Source: Tubiluchus corallicola
Lineage: Eukaryota > Animalia > Priapulida
Direction of reading: 5' to 3'
Length of the DNA stretch: 64,000 nucleotides
Assembly: GCA_030141605.1 (NCBI GenBank)
Contig: JAQGDQ010000003.1
Span: 682,001 to 746,000, forward strand
Notes under the pieces: generated by a model
Database searches by the model: none
What the model saw: the letters and a program-made list of their open reading frames with translations, nothing else
What the model was told of the DNA's origin: nothing
Shown: positions 44,568 to 58,559 of the stretch, in pieces
Position numbering within the stretch: position 1 is the stretch's first letter
Layout: each line of letters opens with the position of its first letter
Translations under genes and position numbers: made by a program

Positions 44568-47500
44568 GAACTTCAAAAAGACTCAGTCATCGAGGAGAAA
44601 CTAACTACGGGATACAAGTAGACGAACTAACATGCTACTTTGTCTTCCATTGTGTGTACAAAAAATTATCCACTGCCCCGTTGGTATAATGTAAAATCAT
44701 CGTTGCTATTTACGATTAGTTTAATTTAGTTGCACTACATAACTAACTTATTACGTTTCACCATAAGTAAGCGCCAGCTAATTCAGGCACTGAGCATTTT
44801 TGATGTTAGTGACGTTGTGCGTCAGACTTAATGAACTTTGTCGTTTGTATGTACTTCTGTATGCTGCCCTTTATGTAAAATAATATATTTAATCAGTCAA
44901 ACTTTTGATTTGATGTTTTCTGAAATTGAATGAAATCTGTGTGCGTTTGCAAAGACAATACAGAATTCTAAATTAATGAAGAATAACATATTTACAAACA
45001 CATTAGGAAGCATTTTAATACACTAATTTCACACAAAAATACGTATTCTTCCTCCTGTTCCTCTTATACAGTTCCATTAACAATTAAACACTGCTAATGG
45101 CTTTTTTCTTACTAACATTTCACTTGAATAGATCATTTACATATAACTAGGATATATTGTATGTATTTAATTGTTAATCATTAGGTTTATCTGTAATCAC
45201 TGGTCTCTTTTAACCAGTCACAATATATTTAGTCAAGATACTACAGCTGTATGTTATGAAGTAAATTTAAACAATACTACTGAACAATTCCATGACTTGT
45301 TTATGTTCACACTTAGTTTAAAGGAAAACAGGGCCCAATATTAGACCACAGATCGAAGTAAGTTCACGGTCTGAAATCTAAAATGTAAATATTGCATTGT
45401 TTTAAGAATGACTTTTATTCAAGAACTGGTCAAATTTGCTTAGTTTTTCAATGTAGCATGTTTACAGGCAGACATAGTTTTTGTGGGCAACAATTCTCAT
45501 TTCTGGGAAATAAGTTACGCACATATGTTTTACGAAATGAGCACAAACCAGTCATAATGTCGAGGTAGTTTTTCACGGCATCAAATCAAATGCAAAATGT
45601 CAATGTATTTATAGACCTAAAAAAATTTCTAGGTCAGTATTGAAACATAAGAAACATTTTTTGGAAACTATGTGTATTATAGGCAATAAAAGATGGTATT
45701 TTAGTCCACAAGTCAAAATAAGTTACTGTTTATAAATTGTCCTGTTTTCCTTCAATAGGCATCTTAATATTCATCAAATGACAAGAGCTTCAAAAACATT
45801 CTGACATTTCACATACATTAAGATTTGTAAAATTTAAATGCATGAAATTCAACAAAATGAACAAGTTGTAACACAACATTGTGCGGCTGGGAAGCAACAT
45901 ATCTTTTGTCAAGCAGATTATGAACCACTTTACACTTGAATAAATTTAGGGCCTTGCAGCCAATAATTTGTAACATACATTCTCAGAACTTTCTTTATAA
46001 ACCAATTAACAATTCCTGCAAATGCGCACATTATCAACGATGTGTGCAACAAACGTCTCCGTATCTACAAATTTAAAAAGTGACTACCAAAACATTTACA
46101 GGCTTTGCAAAGCCAACAACGTAGGACATTTACTTCAAAACTGCAGCAAATCATCTCATCAGACGGCAACATTAGACAAGATTCGGAGCTATACTTTATC
46201 ATCAACTCAACTTGTTCACCTTTATCATAGAATAAATCTCTTCTCATTTGCTACGTAATTTACTTTTCACAAATCATAATAACACAGCAAGCACATCGCC
46301 TGCTCGTAATTCCCATGTTCTTACGGAGATATTTCATATAAGGCAAGAAAATTACCATTCGCAAATGTCTGTCACTGTTGAACATTACTAAGAAACCAAA
46401 TCACATATTTCTTCGTCAAACAAAACATAACCACTCGTGGATCAATAGGACATCGTACTTACTTTGAATGTAGCACAACAAAGTAACATATAACCAGCAA
46501 ATTCATAACCATTACTCAGCATCAGACTCGACACTATCATTATACACTTGCGTCACCTACTATCATAATAATCAAGTGAATTCAGCATATAATTTCATTA
46601 TATGTGCGTGAACACAGCGCAACATTAGTAGTACTCCTTAGAAACCAACTGTTTCAAATATTATTACAGAATCACATTGAATAATTACAATAATTATTAA
46701 TCACAATAATGCTGCTACAATAATTGTTTGTATATGCAATGCTAACAGACGTTACACTAGTAATTCGAAACCTATATAACACAGGTAGGGCTGGAACATC
46801 AGCTAAATACTATAGCGAAGATGACGTACTTAGATCTGCTTACGACAGTTGACCATTAAAACAATAATTATGTTGCTAATACAAGGCAAGCAAACAATAC
46901 AATGTACTAGAGGTAGATGATAAATGTTGACCCTGGTAATACGACAATAATTGCTGGCAATTAAAATAATAAGCCATATACTGCAGGCAATCTATAAACA
47001 ATTATTACGGTTCATATAACCATTTTATCTGCCTGCACTTCCATTCCATTCGTATCACTGTTACAAGCCCTCTGAACAAGTCTGGACTCTGAGACACAGT
47101 CTGACAAAAATTCCTAACTAAACAATAGCCTACAGAAAGTATACATCACAGCAGTTCAGGGAAAAATAGTTAAACTGAAAGGTACAGCTTGTTAATCATA
47201 AAAGCTGCATTATCAGGAAGTGTTGGTTGGTCCTAAAGCCAAAAGCCACAGGTGGATAAGAACTGCAAAAAAGTCATTTCTTGCTTTGTCTTTGTCTATG
47301 CATATTGAGAACAACTTATGCATTTTTAAAATGTCCAGATGTGTGAGAGAAATGGAACACATACATACATTAATCTTTATTTACAAGTTAAAGACAGACA
47401 GACAAAGATGTGACAAGAATTTCATTAAGAAAATGTCGTCCTTGAATTCTACCAGAATTCATGCTAAATTACCTACCACATATCAAAGCATAAAAAATTT

Positions 47501-50085
47501 ATTGTAGAAGCAAGATTATTCAATGAAACGTCTACCCAGGCCTAGACAAAACATGTTGCATTGCACAAAGGCGTGACAATAAAAGATCAACATGACAAAG
47601 CTCAAATTTTGTTAAACTTTCTATAGTCCAAACTAATTTATGCTTGTTCTTAATTTTCAAATAATAGGCCACTACTTAGCCAATGTCCAAGAAATTTTAT
47701 TTCAATTCTATTTATGTCTAATGCACTAATGCAAGCATTAGTTTTTGCAAGTCCCTTTTGAACCAACTTTAGAGTTACGCCTTGCAGTTTTAACATGGAG
47801 GCAATTCCAAAACATGGGAACAATGCATAAAAGATAAACACATTTAGAATGCAAGCACAAATATTGACTATTGACAAATGATAATTATCGCTAGACAGCA
47901 AAGACCTACAGACAATCTATAAAAAAGTAATAATGGGCACAAGAAAAATAATATTGTCATATAACAAACACACCATTAGACAGAAAAACACAAACAAAGA
48001 AATGACTGAAACATATTCTAAAATTTACCAAGAGAATTACTGCAAAGTGCACATATGAAGTGATTAAGCCTTTGCTTAGGCACTATGTGTTACCCTTTTT
48101 ATATTCTCTGAATGACAACAAACTAAAACTGCTATTATAATCCTGGCTTTAAAATTAGTGAAATGAATAAGAAATTGATAAATAATATTTAGACATGCTG
48201 ATTGTTAATTTTACAAATGGAAATTTTTTTTCTCAAAAGTGGCTCATTACACCAACTGTAATGGCTATTATAATCGACTAGGCTTTTCTGAATATCACGT
48301 ACGGCCCAGATTTCATGCATCTTATTATCTAGTGCACCATTTAAAGAAACTGTTAAAGGCACAATGAGGGAGAGTACCAATTTAGGAAATGAAAGACTCA
48401 AGTTTCTTAATGCCTGAATTCTATGCTCCAACCCAAGACATCTGATTAAACAGAAAGCAAACAATTATTCCTAGCTGTTCAATGTAATCCATAAATAGCT
48501 ACTAAAGAAAACAAAATGAAACAGATACCACTTCAATTCTGTGAGCGAAAAACAGAATACTGTTGTAAAGAAAGAATCAGGTGATACGCTTTTTTATAGT
48601 AACGTTCGCATAAATACAACTTGCAACTATTTCTAATCATGTCCGTTCTGGCATGAGTATCTTCAATCTCTTTATTATACAACTATACACATATACACTT
48701 CTTATTTTCTGTCATTATAGTATAGTCTTTTAAATTATAAATACCTAAAACATTGTATCCAGAAAAAGATTGCAAGAAATCTGCAAAAACGTGTTATTAA
48801 TGGTTAAATTGGCAAACAGCAGAAAATGCAGACAACTGTCTAAAGCACTGGAAAAAGTTGTTTCCAAACACAGCGCTGGGAAAAAAATCACAAAGAAGTT
48901 TATCCCAAGAAGAAAATGATGTTAAATATCTTCGTGCAAAAATAAGAGCAAAAAACAAGTAAGATTACAACATTAACAAAATCATTGAGATTACAAATAT
49001 TATCACATTTAATAAACAGCCTACTCACTTTACCTTAAACTATACCTAAATAACTGGGCAATTGCTCAGCCAGCACCTAGTCACGCAAACACTAGACGGC
49101 CCACACAACCTTTTGTCTCCTTTCATTGTAACCAACATTATTTACAAACACTACATTTTTGTTGCAGCTTCGAAACATTACATATTCATTGCAACTTGGG
49201 ATTACACTTTACAATGCTACAAGTATTTTGTCAGCAGTCAAAATGCCTATAATTATGTTAAAAGAAAAAAGATATAGAGAGACATTGAGCTAAAAGTCAA
49301 TGTAATATGTCATATAGATGTTATTGCTGAACAGGAATAGAAACCAAATATCAAGTGTTCTACTGCTCTTTTTCAAAGGACTGACACTACACAGCATAGG
49401 TACTGTAAATAAAAATTTTAGCATTATTGATTTAATCAAACAGTTGTACATAGACCAAATGTTTTTTTTAAATTAAGCATTTAAACATCAGCTTCAAATT
49501 TCTAAGAAAGTGCTTTGCAGCAAAATAGCCAACTAAGTTTTGGAAAAAACTCTGTAGCAGCCAAATCAATTAAAACACACTTTGTGGAAAAATGGCAAAA
49601 TTAATTTTGTGAGAGAAATATTACGTTACAATTAAATGACGAATTTGCACACTAATCTAGTACACATATTACTACATTTTCAATTTTCTAACTGAAAGAA
49701 TGACCTCCATGTACACATTAAGTACTCAAATCAAAAATAACAGAAAAACTGTCAGTAAAGCATAATAATTGTTCAAAATTTGCAATATGTACACTCTCAG
49801 ACAAATGCATGAACTATAGATGGTTCATTAGAAATTCGATCAGACGTCTTGCATACACATACTAGGTTGCCTACATTGATATTTCTTTGGTAAACTGGTG
49901 AGTGTCAAATCTGACTACAAGCAACCAGTGCTTTAGCCAACTCTGCACCTGGCAGCATTACACGTATACATATCATAATATGTGAACATATATATAATTA
50001 TTTATGTAATAAGAAGTATTAATGTTTAAAATAACTCATCGTATGCATGGATCTTGACTTAACTATCTTTGAAGGTTGAAGATGT

Positions 50086-50214
50086 TCAGTTGTTCTCGAT
50101 CAATTCAAGGTCAAGGTCGCTGAACTGGCAGTCAGGAGCTTGGCTGTTCTTGTCAGTTTCAATGTCACTGTCCTCAGTTGTTGAGCCACCTTCTGGCTTA
50201 GATGGTAAAGCCTC
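50086..50214 (-). CDS. FAM53: FAM53-like terminal exon
   Basis: EALPSKPEGG...FSDLDLELIENN*. Confidence 0.88.
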   Translation of the reverse strand, partial: EALPSKPEGGSTTEDSDIETDKNSQAPDCQFSDLDLELIENN

Positions 50215-53200
50215 CTAAATTAGCATAATCATAACATTTATATGCATAAAAAACTTCTAAGTGGCTGTAAATATGAATTTTTTGTGCACAGTATTTGCAA
50301 AAAAATTGGGAAATTTGTGTGGATTCCTTTTGAAAAGTTTCTTTAAAAGACTCTTGCCTCTCACAAAATGAAACTATGCCTACTCCGCACTAGTATTGTA
50401 CTCAGTTATGTAGTTCAACACCAGAAATAAATTCGGGTCTCCCCATCTTAAGCTTTGCAAGTTTTGAAAAAAGTGGCCAAAAATTACAAGATTCTCTTCT
50501 CGCTGTTCTAGACAACTGAAAAACTAACTTCTAATGAGATGATGGGAAATTAAGTGCAGTTGTTTGTCAAACTCTTATCAACATGCAAACCTGGATAAGA
50601 CTGGCTGATAAAAAAGCAAAAATCAGCTTCACGTTACTAATAAATAACAAACTAGAGTATCATTAAAAATAATAAACACTAACATCGCAAAATGCAAATT
50701 TTGTTCAAAGTGTCTGTAATCAAACAAGTTTGTGCTTGCTCTTAACTGGCCTGTTTAACAAGAAATATCTAATGCACCGAAGCAAACATCAATTTTGTAA
50801 GCCTTCGTCAGTCTTTATCATTGCACTTGGAACATGGGGGAAATTCTAAGACAAGAGTACAAAGCATAAATAAATACATTTAGAATGCAAGCACAAACAA
50901 TTACATACTACATATACACAATTTTTTGCACTAATTTTGCTGCAAATTTTTAACGCTAAAATCTTGATATTTTCATACCTGTTGTGGGGAATTGTCACTA
51001 TCAAACTGCACAGGCATGTGGCTAGGTTCAAGTGGTGAACTAGCTATGGTGTTTAATTCTGGATGCTGTAGAGTAGGCCTTAAACACTAATAAAAATAAA
51101 TTTTATCATGAATATAAATGAGAATGAATAATTACACTAGAACTAAAAGCTAACAGTTGTGTATCACATGTAAAAAAATATCATTGGTCTAGCTGAATTA
51201 AATGCCTGACTTCTCGGCAAGTAAAATGTTTAACTAGTCATCAAACATATAACGCAGATGTGACCCATCAATATTAATGAATTATTACTCTTCTATAATA
51301 ACCACAATATTTACAAAAGATTATGACATTAGTTAAGTAGAACTGTTAGTTCATAAGGTATCATGAAAAATTGATATGAAATGCATGCAATAACTGAAGA
51401 AAGGTCTCAATCTCGAATGTTCCCATCCCTTTGCTTCTGATCCAGAAACAAAAAAAAGGGATTGTGACCCTTGTTATTAAGTCAAACTGGGGCAACTTTA
51501 GTTGTTATTGCTTGTGAAATATGCTTATGTTACATACAGAAACACATTAATTATGTGATGCATGTAGTAGATACTCACATGAAAGTTTGTTATTTCTGCT
51601 GACAAAATTGGAGACCAACTAAATGAAGTCTGTAAAAAGTGTCATCAAACAATAATTAGTATATAAAAAGTAATATAAAATTGGTGATACAAAAAGTAAA
51701 ATACAACACTGACGAACACAAAATTTTATTAACGACCTGATACAAAACAAATAAGACCAGGCCCTGTTAAGTGGAAAGCCAAGTCCAACATGGTATCATA
51801 TGTAATCACTTAATAGGATAGGTATTCTAATTACTCGTTGATTCAGTATAACCTTTATCCTACAGAAAAATGTGAAATTGGCAGTGCTGTACAGTGTAAA
51901 AGCTGAGCGCTGAAATGAAATGTCAAAAAAGGAAAGGGAGTCTACACAGCGATTTTGGTTTTCAATGTCGTTTCATAAAAGCAGAGATTCGTTTTGACTC
52001 TGCAGAGGCAATTCAAGTTCCTCAGGTATTTTAATCACAGTGACCAGAAAGTTGTCATATTTATATGTAAACTTATCACATAGTAATTTATGTAATTACA
52101 TACCCCTGTCATTTTGTAGAAGTCTATAGAAGGACGATGCTTTTCCTTTGCTCTCCTCCTTTTCATATTTTTCTTCTGCGACACACACGGTTGTGACTGA
52201 GTACGTGCTAGACGTTGTGCGTTAGCACACCTGCAAGCTGCCCTACGTGCACTATTTAATGAGATGTGATCCTCTGATAGCGACAGACTACGAATTTTGA
52301 AGTGATCTTCTTCAGTTGAATCTAGAGGTCGAGAAAATCTGCAGATATCGTACGGCTTACTGGTAGCCGAAGAGGGTCTGGGAATTGGAGACCCGCTAGG
52401 GCTAATACCGCTGACACCAAAGTTTGGTGTGCCCAGTAATGACCTAAGCTCAGCCGATCCTAGAGAACCATGCAGTGAGCTGGGTTTGTGTAGACTACCT
52501 GTATGACCACAAAACAATTTGTGCGAATTGCTGTTGTGCCCAAACATGTCGCCACTAGTGTGGCGCTCGCGACAGAAAGCTGTGTCGCCGGAGTAGTGTC
52601 GTTCACGGAAGAAATCGCGGTGCATGAGAGGCCTGACATCGCTCCAGCAAGTACAATTACCCTGAGATAAAGACTGCATGCTATCCTCATGATAGCAGCA
52701 GGGAGTGGACAGAGATCGGCAGTGGCGTTTCTTTGGTGGCGCTGATGAATGTGCAAATCCAGTATGAGATTCTTCTAAACTCAGTTGTGACTCTAGTGAT
52801 TGGTTGAGGTGCCCTTCATACTGCTCAGCAAGTGGACCTTTGTGTACATTGCTAGAATAGTAATCTGAGCTCTGTCCACTGTCATCTGTGCCATGCCCAA
52901 TGTGCAGTTCTTTTTGCAAATTGCTATCATGAAGATTTGTGTCCTGCCCAGTGTCCCTCATCAATGATGCCTGATGCTGCTCACTATGTTCACACACGAA
53001 TGGAGTCCATTCAATTTGCCGGCTTTTATCTGTAAAAAAACATTGCTGAAAAATTGCCACCAATATAAATGTCATCCCTCTGGAAGTAAGGCCAGGTTTA
53101 TGGGCACAAGTCAGGGAATATAATACCTATCAAAGTCAAGAAGTTAGATGGATGACTGTCAGAAGGTGGAAAATGTCTATGAGTGGTTTCACCTATCATA

Positions 53201-53795
53201 CTGCCACCTACCATTTACATCGTTGAGGGAAGAAGTATATGCATATTGAGAAGCGGCTTCTGGTCCTACCACAACAATTTACACAGGCCCCGTCTTTGAA
53301 TACTAAAAGCTTACATGCATAAAATTTTAAAACTGAAGTCCCAGTAGCATTACAGAAAAGCTTCTATGATAATCCATTGGTAGCTCAGCCCATTGGTTGA
53401 TTAAATATGGTAAGCCGTCAGCTCACTGTTTCTAACATAGCTTTACACACACTTAAGATGTAGATAATTGCAGCTGAAATTTGCAGTTAGTTAGGGTCAA
53501 GTTATTATTTTTTGAAAATTATCTACATTTTTTGAAAAAACAGTGAGCCGAGGGACATGTCAACTAGGTGACAACTGGACTGAAAAGTCATTGGGTTGAG
53601 GGAAGTTAATAAAAGCAGAAAATTGAATTACTTGTTTTTATGACAGAGAAATCTGGGAATAACTTTCATTGGACAACTAGATTTCTATGTCTAATATCCA
53701 GAAATTTACAAATACAAAGATGTAATAAACTTACCAGCTAGAGAGAATTTAAAGACATTGTTTCCAGGTGCAATTCCATGAATTGTTGTCGACGT
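50086..53795 (-). CDS. FAM53: FAM53-family protein, 5' end unresolved
   Basis: Minus-strand exons 53795-53735, 53029-52104, 51629-51579, 51065-50979 and 50214-50086 are phase-consistent (~417 aa, no start found). Family motifs recalled from FAM53A/B/C: APPKKRHCRSLS.P, PRPSSATS, RTQSQPCV, KRRR...RPSIDFYKMT and the C-terminal DLDLELIENN*. Confidence 0.85.
52104..53029 (-). CDS. FAM53: FAM53-like main coding exon
   Basis: Lies within the 346-aa ORF; acceptor tttttttacag, donor GGG|GTATGT; holds the KRHCRSLS and RPSIDFYKM motifs. Confidence 0.9.
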
Positions 53796-54851
53796 CTGGA
53801 AAAGAAAAAGCAGAGTTATAGGCTTGCACCAAGTACAAATGACAGAGAATAAAAACAATATGAGCTAATTTCCTACAAACACCTTTGCATTAAATTAAAT
53901 CCCGTAAAATTTGACCTGGGAGCTCTCATGCTAAATTCAGACTGTATACTTAAAATATTTGATAAAAACGAAGGGAAGTTACCACAGCTTTGATCGTACT
54001 TTTGCACGCAATTTCAGAATGAATTGTCTCCTGAATACGGAATTCAACAATCGTGTTTTATATCCAAGACCGTTTACTGGTTATATGTTTGCTATAAATC
54101 AGAGTCGAACATGCTGAGCAGCATAAATTCAGTTTACAACACAATCGATTTCAGTTTAAGTGCTTAGCTTGCTTAGCGTAATTATGCCCCCAACGTGACG
54201 TCAGAAGTTCAATCGCAGGCGCCTGTCAATAAGTAATCAATGCTTTCAATCAGCTGCAGCTAGTCCTCGTAAAATGGTCACGTTCTGCCGTGTTTATAGC
54301 CCGCCATCTAATCATCTTTAGCGACCACTGGAGAAAACTCTTCGCTTGATTTTACAATGACCTGAAGGCCCCTATTAACTATTCAGCATGAGAACACACA
54401 CGGAGGGAAGCTCGTCTCATTACTTAACTAACACCACATTCATTTTTCATATCACGCAATAATCAACATAGTGCTGAACTGTCAACGCAACGTGTTTTTA
54501 TGGTCTAATGTATTTTTCTTCAACCCTCAGTAGATGAAGTTACATATACACCGATACTTTACCTCAGGTAAATAACCCGAAACCTTCGATAAGGCATCAC
54601 GTAAGAGCACTTTAGCTCCCAGAATCCAACAAGTTTGAAACAGACCATTCGTTACGCAGTTGGACATTCCTTACATGTAATCTATGCGCAACCACGCGGA
54701 CATTAAACTTTCACAACACATACAGTGATTAGAAGCCGTAAGACCTCTACTCCTTTATACACTAGTGTACAACTTAAGCCAGCTTTCAGAAAGTCAGTCA
54801 TTCAACATTTGTCAGATGGATGTACACGTCTAAACAGCATAGTCTGTGTGA

Positions 54852-55204
54852 TGGCGTGTTCAGACAAGCATACACGCATGATTACATGCATACACACATA
54901 CATACCTTTCTCTCGCGAGTATTAGCCCTCACAGCGCAAAGTCTCAAGTGAGAACATCTTTGCGAGTTACTATTAGCAAGTTATTGCAAACTGTCCGGCA
55001 GTTGCTGCGAGTTAACTTTCAGCGAGTTACTATCTAGTACGAATGCCTCTGCGACTTACCCTCGACAATACTCGCATCGAACAGGGAGGTGAGTATCAGC
55101 TTGCGCTTATTGCCGGAGAGTAACTAGCAGCAAGTTTTGCTCTCCAGTCTGAACGCACTTTCGAGTTACTTGGCGAGGAAACTTGCTAGTCTGAACGCGC
55201 GCCG
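54852..55204. mobile_element. Harbinger-like MITE
   Basis: Imperfect TIR ggcgtgttcagacaagca / tgctagtctgaacgcgcgcc; internal gcgagtta repeats. Confidence 0.6.
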
Positions 55205-56410
55205 TAAGGCAATCATCAAACATTATATAATCCGGCAGATAATTCGATGCTAAACTGCAAAACTAGAATACTTGGAAAAATATTAAAACGAAAACATTTA
55301 CATTGGGAAGATTTCAACTTAGCTAAAATCTCTGAGAATGAAAACGCTATCAGGTCACGGACAAAAGGGAAAGAACACGCTCGTGGATACTATCAATGAG
55401 TTTGATATGGCTCAGTCTGTAGAGAAATAATGGGAGTTTAATGAGCTTACTGGATTTGTTCATATCGACAATTCTACTTGTCTACCTGTCATATCGACAA
55501 CATCTGCCGTAAGGCAACCTCTTATGTCGAGAAAGTACTTTACAAAAGCTACCAGTACTTGTAAATTTCTGCATGAAATCAATTCAGAATCACATCAGAC
55601 ACAGACAACAAATGGAACAAATTCCAAGCGAAAACAAGTCTAGGATGAATCAAAGCGTTTCCTCCAAGATAAAATCTACAAAGAACATTGCATTTGAGTT
55701 TGCGTTTCCAGAGAGTTGAAATCAGTTCAGAGTAACAGCGATCTTAAATTTTTCAAATGGAAAGCAACCAGTTCTTCAAAAGATTTAAAAAATGCACGGG
55801 TAAAGTTTTACAAATTTTGGTCAATGATAAAACCTCTGTGTAAATATCTTTACTGAAGTAGCACACCTTAAAAGTCACAGGTCGGTAACGGTTGATAGTT
55901 TTTCATGGCATATGCCAGCCACGCAGATGGTGCATAGTAGTCACAGCACATACTAACATAGTACATTCTAAATACTAACGTAGCAAAGGTAGTTAAACAT
56001 AACCAATGAATACGGTAATTCATTCTCCGGGCCAACTCTCTCTTGCAGCCTACATGCATGGAAACAAAGATCTGACCTTAATAAATTTATTTTACATTGC
56101 TGGTGTCGCCAGTAATAATAAATAATCGCACGGCATTATCTTTTATAGCATATAATATAGTACACACAAACGCGACTTTATCAATTTTATAACATAAAAT
56201 AGCATCCAAATTATGTTGGTATAAAAATCAACAAATAAGATACATTCAAGAATGTATTTAAATATTTAAGCTTAATAAAATAATTATTTAGGCACCAGTC
56301 ATATTGGTTGTTAAGTTGTAAAATGCAGAGTGAAGGATACTATCACCATATTATGTTATAAAATATATAGTAGAGCTGTACACCAGCAGCAAATGAACTT
56401 TACCACTTAC

Positions 56411-57020
56411 ATCTAATTTAACTCTTGAAAACAAATGATTCCTCTAAAATAGGACTTTCCTGTTCCGTACATCAATCACAATATCACACAATTTTTATTT
56501 CATAATGAAGTGTTTGGGAAAACACAATAAATCCAAAAAAGCACGACTATCAGTTTGTGCACGCGTTATTTCAATTTTATGAATTACACAAATCCGCATA
56601 CGAACAAGATTACACAAACGGTGGCTGTTGCGACCAAAAGCAAAAAGGAAAAACTCTTCTGGAAAATCCTTGTGTGTTTGCAAAGTCTCTTGAGCTAGGA
56701 CATTAACGAAACAGCTAAATTCGTTTTTCAGTCGTCTTTTGTGTGCTGCTAATGAACGCCTAACTCAACGAATAAACGCAGGCTGACTGACTGACTGACT
56801 GAGTGAGACTGATCAATTGATTCTAGGTGATTGATATTATTAATGACAGGCTGATCGGCTGATTACTGATTTTTGACTGACTGGGAAGATACATATATTT
56901 GATCAATCACAGCAGCTCGGCTCCACAGCCTCCGCCTTTCTGACCAGCTAGTTGGCTAATTAACTGGAGCGTACTGTACGTGTAATGACGCGCACATCAT
57001 TTTATTCCAACACTTCCGCC
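56411..57020 (-). promoter_or_regulatory. Candidate FAM53 promoter and non-coding first exon
   Basis: Locally CpG-richer, ETS-like GGCGGAAGTG (minus strand, ~57011-57020), (CTGA)n tract, minus-strand GTAAGT donor at 56410. Confidence 0.3.
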
Positions 57021-58197
57021 AAATACAAAATTTCCATGCACCTTTAAATAAAAAAGATTAGACATACTGAAGAACAATGTCAACGCGAGGGTGAAGTATT
57101 TTATTCGCGTAAGACCCAAAAAATCAGAGTAAGTTGCACCTTGAGAATGCCACTACCAAAGTACTATTTTAAGCATTCGCTTAAATCTACAAGTTTTTTT
57201 AATACCGAGCCCTCGCGCCATTGAAAATCCACTAAAGTGAACAATATTAGTGTAACACGCCAGCGTGACGCACAGACAAAACGTCTCTAGACCAGATCAG
57301 GGCTGTTTACAATACCACTGAGAATCAGGAAAGTACAGAGACAAGAAGCTGACGGAATTACATGCAATTAAGCCACTCTACATGACTGGCAGTTTTACTT
57401 TGAAGAACTGCTAACCAACTAGTGGCTGCGCTTAGGTATTAATCTTCTTCGGTGGCTGAAGTGGCAGTGAAACCCTTGTGTGCTTCATTTCATAATAACT
57501 GGACGAGACGAAGCCAGCCAGGTGGCTCTGACAAATGTAGGAAATTAATACAAGCGACAGTAGGATAGCAGTGATAGATGGCCTTGTACAAGAACTAGTT
57601 GCTGTAGCTAACAACTACTTAACATGGCAAAATAGGTGTGAAGCATAGGATATAATAACTGGAAAGTAGAGTATTTCCACAATGACGGCATATCTAGCGA
57701 ATTCGCGTATGAAATAAGCTCACACTGTTTTTTAAAGCATTCAACGTGTAAATTCATTTTAGCAACCACAATCAGTATAATAGTTGAAAAGGATTCATCA
57801 ATGGGCAAAACGCGGTGTTCAGCTTCGCTGCTAAATTCTTTCATACTAAACTTAACCCAAGACTACGAAACGTGAAAATAAACATGTACGCACACCTCGA
57901 ACTGACCTCTTAACCAGTTATCCGCGCAAGTTGCCATTTTGACTAGATCTATTTTTTACGTTTATGCAGAACACCAGTCAGAAGGAACAATAGTAGTATT
58001 AATATTGTACAAAAAAGAGCGATTATATAGAAGTTGATTATCTGGTAAAATTGCCTTTCGTCACTTAGCTTAAAATTTGCAATCAATAACCTTAAAAATT
58101 GTGGCTGAGAAAGATGTCTTCTAAAAATTGCGCAGCACAAACAAGTTTTTAAAAAATTATTTATACATTTTATTACATTCATGAAAGTATGGTTTTC

Positions 58198-58325
<128 letters not shown>

Positions 58326-58559
58326 CTACTACATTCATGAAAGCATAGTTTGCTTTTATTATTCTATTGTTTATGCAAGTTTTGGTGTATGTGCACTGAT
58401 TCAGTATTTGGTTCAATGCCACTAGTAAACTAGTTTATTTCTATTCTGGGCCACACCATCCCATCCTATCTTGTTAGTTTTATTAGACAAAATTTAACTG
58501 AATTTAGCAAGAAAACTACATAAGATAGAAGAAAGGATGAATCAGATGTGCCAATTGTA

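Noticed and set aside
50789-50845. Possible extra FAM53 exon after a ttgtcttag acceptor
   Set aside because: Stops in all three frames, and it would remove the conserved DLELIENN end
53378-53410. tRNA/SINE A-box-like tagctcag...tggtt
   Set aside because: No B-box or cloverleaf downstream
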